From: a virus | Lineage: Duplodnaviria > Caudoviricetes | DNA length: 64,000 nt | Direction: 5' to 3' (one strand) | IMG/VR virus record: IMGVR_UViG_3300014208_000024 | Span: 160,001 to 224,000 of that record | Shown: positions 46,315 through 55,446 of the stretch, in pieces | Numbering within the stretch: position 1 is the stretch's first letter | Layout of the letters: the number at the start of each line of letters is the position of its first letter | Notes under the pieces: model-generated | Database searches by the model: none | The model's input: the letters and a program-made list of their open reading frames with translations, nothing else | What the model was told of the DNA's origin: nothing | Program-made: the position numbers and the translations under genes

Positions 46315-46752
46315 ATGTACTTAAAAAATGAAATAAATTGGTACGATTCTGGGCTGATAGATGGAATACATTCAGACAAAATGAAAGATAAAGTTATAAG
46401 GTCTTTTAATGTAGCCAGGGAATTAATACTTGAAAATAATTCTAACAAAAAACTTCCACAATTAAGGGAGTGTGTGAATGTAGTTGTCTTCCCAATAATA
46501 CGAAGATGTTTATATGTAAACGACTCAGAACTCAGTTGTATTAAAGATGAGGAATTTGAATTTGATAGAGAAAAAATGAATTCTTTTTTATGGATGATAA
46601 GTGATCTTTCTGATATATATTTAATAGAGAAGCATTTTAGAACTTTAGATGCTCAGGCGGAAATATGCTCTCATCTGTGTACATTGTATGTTGCTGAGCA
46701 AAACAACACATTTAGAACTCAACAAAGATTAATTAAGAAACAAATAAACTAA
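46315..46752 (+). CDS. Stand-alone paralog of the major capsid protein N-terminal segment (145 aa)
   Basis: WYDSGLIDGI...FNVARELILE...VVVFPIIRRCL aligns with the capsid protein's WSESGLLENL...LENQAHHMLNE...TVAFPIVRRVF at similar spacing. Confidence 0.65.
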   Translation: MYLKNEINWYDSGLIDGIHSDKMKDKVIRSFNVARELILENNSNKKLPQLRECVNVVVFPIIRRCLYVNDSELSCIKDEEFEFDREKMNSFLWMISDLSDIYLIEKHFRTLDAQAEICSHLCTLYVAEQNNTFRTQQRLIKKQIN

Positions 46753-46757
46753 CTAAC

Positions 46758-47522
46758 ATGAAAAAATTAGGAATTTCAATTGATGGTGTTATCAGAAACT
46801 ATCTTGATGCTTTTGACAAGCAATATCGAAAACATTTCATTCACAACGAAAGCATTGTAGAAATGAATGAAGAATTTCAATACAAAGAACCAACGGAACA
46901 AGATTTTGAAGAAAAGACAAAACAAATAGAAGCAAGAATAAAAGAATTAATATCATTGCCTGTTGATTCTCCAGATTTGTTAAATCATTATCAATTTAAA
47001 GAAATAAAAGAATTCGAAACTGAAAACGCATTTAAGCCAGAGGAAGAAAATGTTATTTTTGAAAATTTTAAATCATTTGAGAACAAAATTTTAACACCCC
47101 AAGAAGCTTTAAATCAATTTATGTATGAAAAACATCCATTTAGAATCTTTGGAGATTCAGAAGAATATCAAAATGCAATGAGTCATTTTAACAGAATTCA
47201 GGCTTATGGATTACAAAAAGGGTTATTTGAAACTGTTTTAATTACTGATTTAAAAGCATCTGCAATATCTGCAAACTATTTCTTTCTACACAGAACTGGA
47301 TGTAGAGCAAGAAATGTACAAATAGCAAAAGATGATGCCGACAAATGGAATTATTGTGATATTTTGGTGGATGCATCTCCATTGGCAATTCAAGCAAAAC
47401 CAGAAGGAAAAACATCAATTAAAATTGATAGATTATACAATCAATATGATGAGGCCGATTATACACTTAAACATTTAAAAGATTTAAACAACGAAATGTT
47501 ACTAAAAAAATTATTTGAATAA
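46758..47522 (+). CDS. HAD-fold 5'(3')-nucleotidase-like protein with a degenerate motif I
   Basis: KLGISIDGVIRN (canonical G+DIDGV) and C-terminal K...WNYCDILVDASP. Confidence 0.65.
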   Translation: MKKLGISIDGVIRNYLDAFDKQYRKHFIHNESIVEMNEEFQYKEPTEQDFEEKTKQIEARIKELISLPVDSPDLLNHYQFKEIKEFETENAFKPEEENVIFENFKSFENKILTPQEALNQFMYEKHPFRIFGDSEEYQNAMSHFNRIQAYGLQKGLFETVLITDLKASAISANYFFLHRTGCRARNVQIAKDDADKWNYCDILVDASPLAIQAKPEGKTSIKIDRLYNQYDEADYTLKHLKDLNNEMLLKKLFE

Positions 47523-47527
47523 AAATT

Positions 47528-48505
47528 ATGAAAAAGAAAATTAAAAATTCTGTAAAAACAGAAATGAAAAACATGGTTCAAAAAGAATTGTCAAGAATCA
47601 TGGCAAAACAAATCTCAAACGAAGACTTTTTTAAAGAAATGGTACAAGAAGTTATAAGTGACTTTTATGAAGTAGAAAAAGAAGAGATAAAAGAAAAAAC
47701 AAGTTATGATTCAATTAAAGAGTTTGGAAGAGATAAGGCTAGTGTTATTAATGATATTATGGAAGGAAAATATAGAGAAGATTTTTCTAAAATAATAAAC
47801 AAAGATATTAATAAAAACAAAACCGAAGTTTGCTTTGATCCAATTTCTCAGTTAAAAACAAGAGTTTCAAACTCTAAGATTGAATTAACTCCAGAACAAA
47901 TGAATGTTTTATTTGGAAAAAGAAAAGAAAATTCAGAACCTGAAATAGAAAATAAATTACTTTTTTCGCAACCAAACCCACATAATCTTAACATTTTAAA
48001 AAACATAAATGGAGAACAAGCAATTCAAGATTATGAAAGGATTCAATACACAAAAGAGGTTATAAAAGATTTGTTTGATTATATTGAAAAAAACAAATCT
48101 CACTTGAAAGCTATACATGAACAAATGCATATAAACAATAAATCTGTTGAAATATATAAAATTCAAAACGAAGCTGAAAAAGATTTGATAAATGATTTTA
48201 GAATATATAAAACTTTTTCCACAAGAATAAATCCAGAATATTTTTCTTTTGAAGTAGAAATTAAAACAAGTGAAATAACAAAACAGAAAATTATTGCTTT
48301 AAAAAACGTAGTAATGAAAAGTGTTGATATTTCTGATGGAGTTATTGGAGCAGAAGATGCAGAAAAATTGTTAGAAATAGCTCAGGACATTTATTCTAAC
48401 ACTACAATTAAACCGCTTTCTCAAACAGAACCAATTACAAAAGAAGAAATTCTTGTAACAAAAAAATTAAAAAATAAAAAAAAACAAATAAAAGTAAAAA
48501 AATAA
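47528..48505 (+). CDS. Hypothetical protein (helical, K/E-rich)
   Basis: 325-aa ORF. No motif recognised. Confidence 0.65.
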   Translation: MKKKIKNSVKTEMKNMVQKELSRIMAKQISNEDFFKEMVQEVISDFYEVEKEEIKEKTSYDSIKEFGRDKASVINDIMEGKYREDFSKIINKDINKNKTEVCFDPISQLKTRVSNSKIELTPEQMNVLFGKRKENSEPEIENKLLFSQPNPHNLNILKNINGEQAIQDYERIQYTKEVIKDLFDYIEKNKSHLKAIHEQMHINNKSVEIYKIQNEAEKDLINDFRIYKTFSTRINPEYFSFEVEIKTSEITKQKIIALKNVVMKSVDISDGVIGAEDAEKLLEIAQDIYSNTTIKPLSQTEPITKEEILVTKKLKNKKKQIKVKK

Positions 48506-48570
48506 AATAACCATTTATTTTATTTTTAAAAATAAGTATAATTTATTTAAATAATTGTAAAAAAATTAAT

Positions 48571-49758
48571 ATGGAAAAAGAAGTTATTGATAACACACAG
48601 ATTGATCACAACACATTAGTTCAATCTGTAATTGAAAAAGTAAGAAATAATGAATCAAAATATTATTTCTATTGTCCTGCATTAAATTCTCCCAGTGGCG
48701 GAATTAGTGTTTTGATAAAATTGGCAAAAATATTAAAAGACGGGGGATATAATTCTAAAATCGTTTTTGAACCAAGACAAGATCAAAAGGCATCTTATGA
48801 AGAATCAAGAAAACAAAATAAACAAGTTGTAATATTTGAAAAATTTAACCCAACATGGTTAGATTTTGATTATTCAGATGTTGAATTTATTCCACTTGGA
48901 GATAAAGATATTGTTTATAATGATGGAACAAAACAGGCGTGTTTACCTTTGAATGTTAATCCTGAAGATTTTTTTATAATTCCAGAAGGGTTTCCAAATG
49001 TAATGAAAAAAACTGCACAAGTAGCTTGTAAAAAAATTGTTTTAGCACAAAGTTGGTTTTATGTTCTTAATGCCTTAAATACTGGAGAAACATGGCAAGG
49101 AATGGGTGTTTTTGATGTAATTTCAGTATCAGATGCAATTACAGAATATTTAAATACAGTTATGCCTGGTTTAAGAATTAAAAACTTTTCACAAGGAATC
49201 AATAGAAAGATTTTCCGTGTTCCTGGAAAAAAATCCTCTAAATATCCAATGATTGGATTTACTGGAAACAGAGGTCAAGAAAATCAAATGAAAACATTTA
49301 ACATTATAAAAACATTTCAAGCTTTTTATCCACACTTAAGGTGGGTTAGGTTTATTCAATTAAGTGGATTGTCCAAAAAAGAATTTGCAGAAAGATTACA
49401 AAGTTGCGCATTTGTTTTGTATACAGATGATGTTGCTGGATTTGGAACCCTCCCTCTTGAATCAATGGCATCTGGAACTCATGTTGTAGGATGGAATTCA
49501 TATGGTGGAAAAGAGTATGTAACACAAGATAATGGATTTTGGACTGTTAATGGAGATATTTTCCAGACAGCAGAAATTCTAGGTGTTGCCGTTGATAAAT
49601 GGTTAAATGGAGAATTAGATGTCAACGAAATTCAAGAGTCTTATGAAAAAACTCTCGAAAGATATACAGAAGATGGAGAAAAAGAAGGCTTTTTAAATAT
49701 TATTAACGAATATAAAAATGAAAGAATCAATGAACTTGAAGGACTTAAAAAACAGTAA
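48571..49758 (+). CDS. Glycosyltransferase (GT-B fold, GT4-like)
   Basis: PSGGISVLIKLA, IIPEGF, KIVLAQSW and EFAERLQSCAFVLYTDDVAGFGTLPLESMASGTHVVG. Confidence 0.85.
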   Translation: MEKEVIDNTQIDHNTLVQSVIEKVRNNESKYYFYCPALNSPSGGISVLIKLAKILKDGGYNSKIVFEPRQDQKASYEESRKQNKQVVIFEKFNPTWLDFDYSDVEFIPLGDKDIVYNDGTKQACLPLNVNPEDFFIIPEGFPNVMKKTAQVACKKIVLAQSWFYVLNALNTGETWQGMGVFDVISVSDAITEYLNTVMPGLRIKNFSQGINRKIFRVPGKKSSKYPMIGFTGNRGQENQMKTFNIIKTFQAFYPHLRWVRFIQLSGLSKKEFAERLQSCAFVLYTDDVAGFGTLPLESMASGTHVVGWNSYGGKEYVTQDNGFWTVNGDIFQTAEILGVAVDKWLNGELDVNEIQESYEKTLERYTEDGEKEGFLNIINEYKNERINELEGLKKQ

Positions 49759-50671
49759 CATACTTGTCTCTATATTTATAGACGACTTAAGTAATTTAAT
49801 CACATTAGAAGAAACTCTTTATAGTGTTTCTAAACAAAGTCATAATGTGGATTTATTAGTGTTGCACTCAGAAGATTTTTCTGAAGAACAACTTAATTTA
49901 TTAAAAAATGCACTTAACAATCCTAAACTTATTTTAAGAAAGAAAAATCAACAAGGGTTGTTAGAGGAACAAATATTAGAAACTGATGGAAGAGTAAATT
50001 ATTTTCTAAAATCATCTAGTATTAATAATTTTCCAAAAATTTTTAATGAAACATTTAATATTGCTTTAGAAAATGAATATGAATTCTTTTCTGCAATAGA
50101 ACCAAACGATGTTGTTGGGTTAAACTGGTTTTTGCAAGCAAACTTATATGCAATTGAAAATGAAAATATTTCAATTTTTTTCCCAATCATTAGAAATACA
50201 GTAAATGGAATTTTCAATGGTCTACTTAATGAAGCTCCTTGGGCTGAGGGACTCTCAGAAGAAGCTGGAAAAGTAGATATTAATCTTTTAAACCGCTTTA
50301 ATTGTATGGTTCCTATTGGTACAATGTTTAGAGTAAGTGGGATTAAAGAATATAGCGAACAAAAAGAAGATGGAAAATATTACCCATTCAAAGAAAGTAT
50401 AAAAATTAGTCATTATTATGAGTTTTTAATGAGAATGGTATATAATGATGTAAAAGCAATGTGTGTTCCAAGAATTGGATATGAATTTAAAGCAAAAAAC
50501 AGTGACGTTTTCAAACACATATATTGTAAAATTCCAGGTAATATTTCACAAATTCCAATAGAAAAAGGAGGAATAACTCCAGCTGAAGGAAAGTTTTGGA
50601 TGGATTTAGCTAAAAAAGAATATTTCTTTGATGAAGATAGAAATAAAGTCTATGAAGAAGAAAAACAGTAA
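49718..50671 (+). CDS. GT-A/GT2-like glycosyltransferase (divergent)
   Basis: TLYSVSKQS, FPKIFNETF, FFSAIEPND (degenerate DxD) and YYEFLMRM...PRIGYEF. Coupled to the upstream GT. Confidence 0.6.
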   Translation: MKESMNLKDLKNSNILVSIFIDDLSNLITLEETLYSVSKQSHNVDLLVLHSEDFSEEQLNLLKNALNNPKLILRKKNQQGLLEEQILETDGRVNYFLKSSSINNFPKIFNETFNIALENEYEFFSAIEPNDVVGLNWFLQANLYAIENENISIFFPIIRNTVNGIFNGLLNEAPWAEGLSEEAGKVDINLLNRFNCMVPIGTMFRVSGIKEYSEQKEDGKYYPFKESIKISHYYEFLMRMVYNDVKAMCVPRIGYEFKAKNSDVFKHIYCKIPGNISQIPIEKGGITPAEGKFWMDLAKKEYFFDEDRNKVYEEEKQ

Positions 50672-51668
50672 AAAGAATAAAAAACAAAGTTTTGATAAAC
50701 AAAATGAAAATGGAGTTTTGTTTTCTTTAAGTGAAGAGTGTGATGGAAGGTTAAAAATTGAAGACACTCTAAGCCCAGAGGATTCAGCTTTATTAAATGA
50801 AGAAATTGAAGATGAACTTTCTGAAGTAATCACTGAAGTCAAAGAATTAGCTCTTGATGAAAAAAGTATTAAAACCTATTGGACAGATGATACTGAAACT
50901 GGAATTATTGATTTTCTTTATTTAAACGAGTTCTTTTACGAAAATAGAATAAAAGAAGAACACGAAGAAGCAGAAAAAGAAAAAAGAGTTGTAAATAAAT
51001 TTTATTGCAATGAAATGCAAAGAAGAAAAGATGAAGTTTTACAAATTGTAGATCGTGCAGAACAAAGAGAGAAAATTTTTAGAAATAAAATAGAAACTCC
51101 GCTAAAAAAGCTGGTAGAGAATATTCTTTTTAACTACAGACTTTTTCTTCCAGACACAGACGCAAGAACACAACAAAAGGACTGTTTCACTTTTTTATAT
51201 CTTAAATTTTCAAATTTTAATCCATGGAGAAAAACAAAATCATTTTCTTATTTTGGAACCATAGCAAAACATTATTTTCTTGGAAACAAAAAAGAATATT
51301 CAAAAAGTGTAAAAATTCTTTATGATTATGATTCTAATAAAGAAGAAGCCGACAATAAAAAAATAGAAGATCCAAAACCATATGTAAAAGAAGATGTATC
51401 GTTAGACCTATTTAATTTTATTATTAATTCAATAGAAACAGAGTTAAATAAAAGTTCGTTGTCAAAAAATGATCAAAAAGTTGGTGATGCTATTATACAA
51501 ATATTTAAAAATCATGAAATATTAGGAGTTTACAATAAAAATCAAGTTTATCAACTGATCAAAGAAAATACTGGACTAGAAACAAAAGATATAACTTATT
51601 CCTTGCATAGATTTAGAATAGTCTATAAAGTTTTAAAACAAGATTTTGTGCAAAAAAGAGAAGATTGA
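50652..51668 (+). CDS. Phage RNA polymerase sigma factor (late sigma, gp55-like; start revised to ATG 50652)
   Basis: YWTDDTETGIIDF...PLKKLVENILFNY...DCFTFLYLKFSNFNP...KSFSYFGTIAKHYF resembles sigma70 regions 2.1-2.3 as seen in phage late sigmas. Confidence 0.7.
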   Translation: MKKKNSKKNKKQSFDKQNENGVLFSLSEECDGRLKIEDTLSPEDSALLNEEIEDELSEVITEVKELALDEKSIKTYWTDDTETGIIDFLYLNEFFYENRIKEEHEEAEKEKRVVNKFYCNEMQRRKDEVLQIVDRAEQREKIFRNKIETPLKKLVENILFNYRLFLPDTDARTQQKDCFTFLYLKFSNFNPWRKTKSFSYFGTIAKHYFLGNKKEYSKSVKILYDYDSNKEEADNKKIEDPKPYVKEDVSLDLFNFIINSIETELNKSSLSKNDQKVGDAIIQIFKNHEILGVYNKNQVYQLIKENTGLETKDITYSLHRFRIVYKVLKQDFVQKRED

Positions 51669-51683
51669 TTTTTTTTTAGCCAC

Positions 51684-51692
51684 ATATTTATA
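51684..51692 (+). promoter_or_regulatory. Putative late promoter motif ATATTTATA at the start of the tail/baseplate operon
   Basis: On the + strand about 14 nt upstream of ATG 51707. Confidence 0.6.
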
Positions 51693-51706
51693 AAAAAATA
51701 ATAGTT

Positions 51707-52081
51707 ATGGCTGAAAAATTAGAAATTTCAAAAGATGGGTATCTAAATTTAATAGAGAAAGTTTTCAAAAACAAACTTGAAGAAAGAGAACTTGCTTTAG
51801 ATAGATACAGAAAAGCTGATGACCAAATGGAAACCGCAGAGCAGTTTGTGTTAATGGGAAAAAATGCTGTTGCATTTTTAAATTTAGCTTCAGTTTCAAC
51901 AAATGACTTAGCAACTCTAGCTAAGGAAATTAAAAGTATTGTTTATAAAGATGAAATAACTGGAGATATAAATGTTAATCTTCCAGATAGTTGGAAAGAC
52001 GCTATTTCTGACAGAATTGAGGAAGTGGAAAAAACAAGAAACAAAAGAGTTATTACAGAAACAGATAACGAAGAAAAATAA
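51707..52081 (+). CDS. Hypothetical late protein
   Basis: 124-aa helical ORF, first gene of the + strand structural operon. Confidence 0.65.
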   Translation: MAEKLEISKDGYLNLIEKVFKNKLEERELALDRYRKADDQMETAEQFVLMGKNAVAFLNLASVSTNDLATLAKEIKSIVYKDEITGDINVNLPDSWKDAISDRIEEVEKTRNKRVITETDNEEK

Positions 52082-53520
52082 TGGCATACACAGTACCATT
52101 AGATCAACCATTAAGTGAAAGCCAAGCAAAGTTGATTTCCCAAATGGGAACAATGAAAAACTTAGCAGACATACCTTTTTTGAAAAAATTTAAAATCAAA
52201 AAAGAAGATGGGGTATCTATGTTTGATTATATGATAAAAGTATTGAGATCGATGGGTATTGATCCACAGTTAATATTAACTGCATTTCTTAATGAATTAT
52301 TTAGAACAGAAAAGCTCATATCGTTAATATTACAAGGAATGGCCCAATTGTGTACAGCAATGAAAATTAAGTTAGATTCAAATAATACGACATTTATTAT
52401 GCCGCCTGGAAGTTTAACTTCAGATCAAAAAAAAGAATTGTCAAAAATAAACTATAATTGGTTAAACTCTGGAATTATAAAAAGCTCTTTGTCTATAGTA
52501 GTTGAAGCTCTTAAAACAAGAATTTTACAAGAACTTATGGTTTTGATTTTTGGAAAACCAAAAAAAGCCAACACTGGGGAAAATGAACTAGTAAATAGCG
52601 ATGAAAGAATGAGTGATCTTATTGATGAAGCTACTTGTGGAGGAGATCAAATTTTTAGTTTATCAAGTCCAGCAAACATAAACTATGGAGAAGTGGAATA
52701 TAATAAATTAAAAAAACTAGAACAGATACAAAACGGAAATCTTTCATTTCAAATTACTTGCCAAGGTGTAAACATTAGTATACCAGACGATCCAATGTAT
52801 TTATTTAAAACAGCTCCACCAGGATTGCCTGGAGGAGAAACTGTAACTCCACAAGAAGCTATGTCTAATGTCTTTAGTTTTACTCAAAATCAAATTCAGA
52901 AAAAAACATCTGGAGACAGCAGTTTGTCAAATGCAAAAACAGGATCGAAAAGTTTTATTCAAAAATTTTTAGAGACACTAATTTCATCTATAACTTGTTT
53001 ATTAAAACCATTTTTCGTGGGAGTTATTGGTACAGTTCCTGGAGAAGCTAATGGTGTTGCTGGAGATGCATATGTAATGTTGATGAATGGATTGATGGGG
53101 TATTTAGTCGGTATGCCAAATTCCCCAGTTCCACCAACATTTAAAACTGATTGTTACCCAGCATCAAGTTGTGAAATTACAAAAGGTGGATATGATAAAA
53201 ACAATCTAACGGAAGTGCAAAAAAAGAAAGTTTCTTTAATGATTATATTATGTAACTTAATATTGAATATGGCGATAGGTTTTATTTTGGCATATGTTAT
53301 TGAAAAAGTTAAAAAATTAATTAAAAAATATATAGCTAAAAGAGCCCAGGAAAAAATGAAAAGAAAGACAGAAAAAATGAAAGCTAATTATGATATAAAA
53401 TATGGTGGTGCACAAAGAAAAAAAGCACAAAAATCAGCAACACAAGTGGCGCTTTTAAAAGTTGTGCAACCAGCTTTGCAACCATCAGAAAACACAATTG
53501 AATTACCGTTTAACGTTTAA
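52081..53520 (+). CDS. Hypothetical structural protein (tail/baseplate region)
   Basis: 479-aa ORF coupled to the previous gene. No motif recognised. Confidence 0.6.
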   Translation: MAYTVPLDQPLSESQAKLISQMGTMKNLADIPFLKKFKIKKEDGVSMFDYMIKVLRSMGIDPQLILTAFLNELFRTEKLISLILQGMAQLCTAMKIKLDSNNTTFIMPPGSLTSDQKKELSKINYNWLNSGIIKSSLSIVVEALKTRILQELMVLIFGKPKKANTGENELVNSDERMSDLIDEATCGGDQIFSLSSPANINYGEVEYNKLKKLEQIQNGNLSFQITCQGVNISIPDDPMYLFKTAPPGLPGGETVTPQEAMSNVFSFTQNQIQKKTSGDSSLSNAKTGSKSFIQKFLETLISSITCLLKPFFVGVIGTVPGEANGVAGDAYVMLMNGLMGYLVGMPNSPVPPTFKTDCYPASSCEITKGGYDKNNLTEVQKKKVSLMIILCNLILNMAIGFILAYVIEKVKKLIKKYIAKRAQEKMKRKTEKMKANYDIKYGGAQRKKAQKSATQVALLKVVQPALQPSENTIELPFNV

Positions 53521-53528
53521 TTTTTATT

Positions 53529-53951
53529 ATGGCACTCCCATTTATAGATATAGACCCAAGTTTAAACATAGCAGATGAAGTATCAGAATTGCTCTTGACT
53601 TTTATTAGCGATTCCTTTGAATTCAATAGAAATTTAACTGTTTATGAAATTTTAGCACAAAAAACAAGATCAGGATTAAATTCTGAAGTTATATCAAATG
53701 CTATTATATCTAGATTTGATTCCATTGGAATACCACGTGGCCCACTTGTAAATGGAGCTCCGAATGTTATGGAATTATTAGTTGTTGCCATATGTGAAGA
53801 GTTGGTAGATTCAATACAAAATGATATGAGAGTTGATATTGGTATTTTTCCAGGAGGAACTGTAAATGCTAATGGAGCAAATGCAGGAGGGCCTGTTGCA
53901 TCTATTGGAACAACTATTAATGCCCAAGAGGGAATTGGAGTTGCAAATTAA
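53529..53951 (+). CDS. Hypothetical baseplate protein with a Gly-rich beta C-terminus
   Basis: C-terminus IFPGGTVNANGANAGGPVASIGTTINAQEGIGVAN, located upstream of the gp5-like gene. Confidence 0.6.
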   Translation: MALPFIDIDPSLNIADEVSELLLTFISDSFEFNRNLTVYEILAQKTRSGLNSEVISNAIISRFDSIGIPRGPLVNGAPNVMELLVVAICEELVDSIQNDMRVDIGIFPGGTVNANGANAGGPVASIGTTINAQEGIGVAN

Positions 53952-53952
53952 T

Positions 53953-54114
53953 ATGGAAGAAAATAAAAAAAATAAAAAAGATTTACTTGAGTATGCTCAA
54001 AAAATGGCAGAAAAACATGCTGAATTAAAATCAATAGTCATAAGCATGCTTGATGAAATGGATAAAATTGAATTGGAATATTTAAAAACTATTGAAGAAA
54101 TTAAAAAAAATTAA
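53953..54114 (+). CDS. Small coiled-coil protein (53 aa; start revised to ATG 53953)
   Basis: MEENKKNKKDLLEYAQKMAEKHAELK..., filling the gap between flanking genes. Confidence 0.6.
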   Translation: MEENKKNKKDLLEYAQKMAEKHAELKSIVISMLDEMDKIELEYLKTIEEIKKN

Positions 54115-54117
54115 CAA

Positions 54118-55446
54118 ATGGGCGGAGCAAGTGGTTTAGATATTTTATCGCAAAGCGGTTTACAACAATCTGGAATAGGAGATTACAGTGGTTCTTTAGC
54201 AAATAATAGAACTGTTTGGCCTGCTATTGTTGTTCCATTTGGAACCAATGATAATTCTGAACAGAACAGAATAAGAGTTAGAATAGTAAAACTAGATGAA
54301 AATGGAAATATTGTAGGAAAGATGTCAAGTAATGATGAAAATTATAATAATTACGCAGGAAAAGATCAAAATATACCAGACAACAAATTAGTTATATGTG
54401 TACCTCTTCTTCCAGAATTTTTTCACGTAAGGCCACAAGTGGGAGAAATGGTTTTTGTTATAATGGAAAATTCCAAAGAAAATTCAGGAACAAGATATTG
54501 GATAGGTCCAATTATTACATCAAAATTAAAATTAAATGGGCAACTTTATGAAGAATCTGTAAAAATATTTAACGAAACTACATTTATATCTAATAGAAAA
54601 ATAGAAAGTTCTCAAGAATTAATGTCCATATTTCCACAAGATTCTGATGTTGCGATACAAGGAAGAAATGATGCAGATTTAATATTAAAAAACAGAGAAA
54701 CATTACTTATTGCTGGAAAATTGAACAGAGAAAACTTTATTATAAATACAGAAACCCCATCGTATTTAAGATTAAAACAAGTTGATCAAATAAATAAAAC
54801 AGAAATAAAAGAAAGTCCAAAAAAAATAACACATAACATTAATACGTTTTTAGAAATAGACACAAATGGAAGATTTGTGGGGACAATAGTTATAACAGAA
54901 TTAAAAACAAACTTTCAATTAAAAAACGATAAAAACTCTTATTCAGTAAGAAAAATGACAATTGATTGGTTAGATTCAGAAATTAAAGCAGCAAAAGAAA
55001 AATATAAAACATGGAGCTTTACAACAACCATTCAAGAATATAAAAACTTACCAGCTAATTATAACATAAAAGCAACTCCAACTGCTACAACACCTCCTTC
55101 TACGACAAACAATCAAGATTTGCTAACAAAATTTTCTCAAGCAACTTTAGTGTCAACAAGCATCAACATGTATTCTCCAAGAGGAAAATTTAGGGGAAAT
55201 GATTTAAAACCTTTTGAAAAAAACAAAGATTTAAAATCTTTTGGCGATTTTTCAGATTCACTTCATCCATCTATTTTTGGAGATGAGGCAGTTAGATTGT
55301 TTGACCTAATAATTAGGCTGTTGTTAACGCACTCACATCACCCACAAAAACCTTTGTTGCAAACTTCAATATCCGATGAGTTAAAAAAATACACAGTAGA
55401 TGGTTGGTTACAAAATCTTTTATCTAATCACGTAAGGATTAATTAA
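54118..55446 (+). CDS. gp5: Baseplate hub/spike protein with a gp5-like OB-fold N-terminus
   Basis: RIRVRIV...CVPLLPEFFHVRPQVGEMVFVI...RYWIGPII (gp5/VgrG OB pattern). The C-terminus has IFGDE...LLTHSHHP. Confidence 0.65.
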   Translation: MGGASGLDILSQSGLQQSGIGDYSGSLANNRTVWPAIVVPFGTNDNSEQNRIRVRIVKLDENGNIVGKMSSNDENYNNYAGKDQNIPDNKLVICVPLLPEFFHVRPQVGEMVFVIMENSKENSGTRYWIGPIITSKLKLNGQLYEESVKIFNETTFISNRKIESSQELMSIFPQDSDVAIQGRNDADLILKNRETLLIAGKLNRENFIINTETPSYLRLKQVDQINKTEIKESPKKITHNINTFLEIDTNGRFVGTIVITELKTNFQLKNDKNSYSVRKMTIDWLDSEIKAAKEKYKTWSFTTTIQEYKNLPANYNIKATPTATTPPSTTNNQDLLTKFSQATLVSTSINMYSPRGKFRGNDLKPFEKNKDLKSFGDFSDSLHPSIFGDEAVRLFDLIIRLLLTHSHHPQKPLLQTSISDELKKYTVDGWLQNLLSNHVRIN

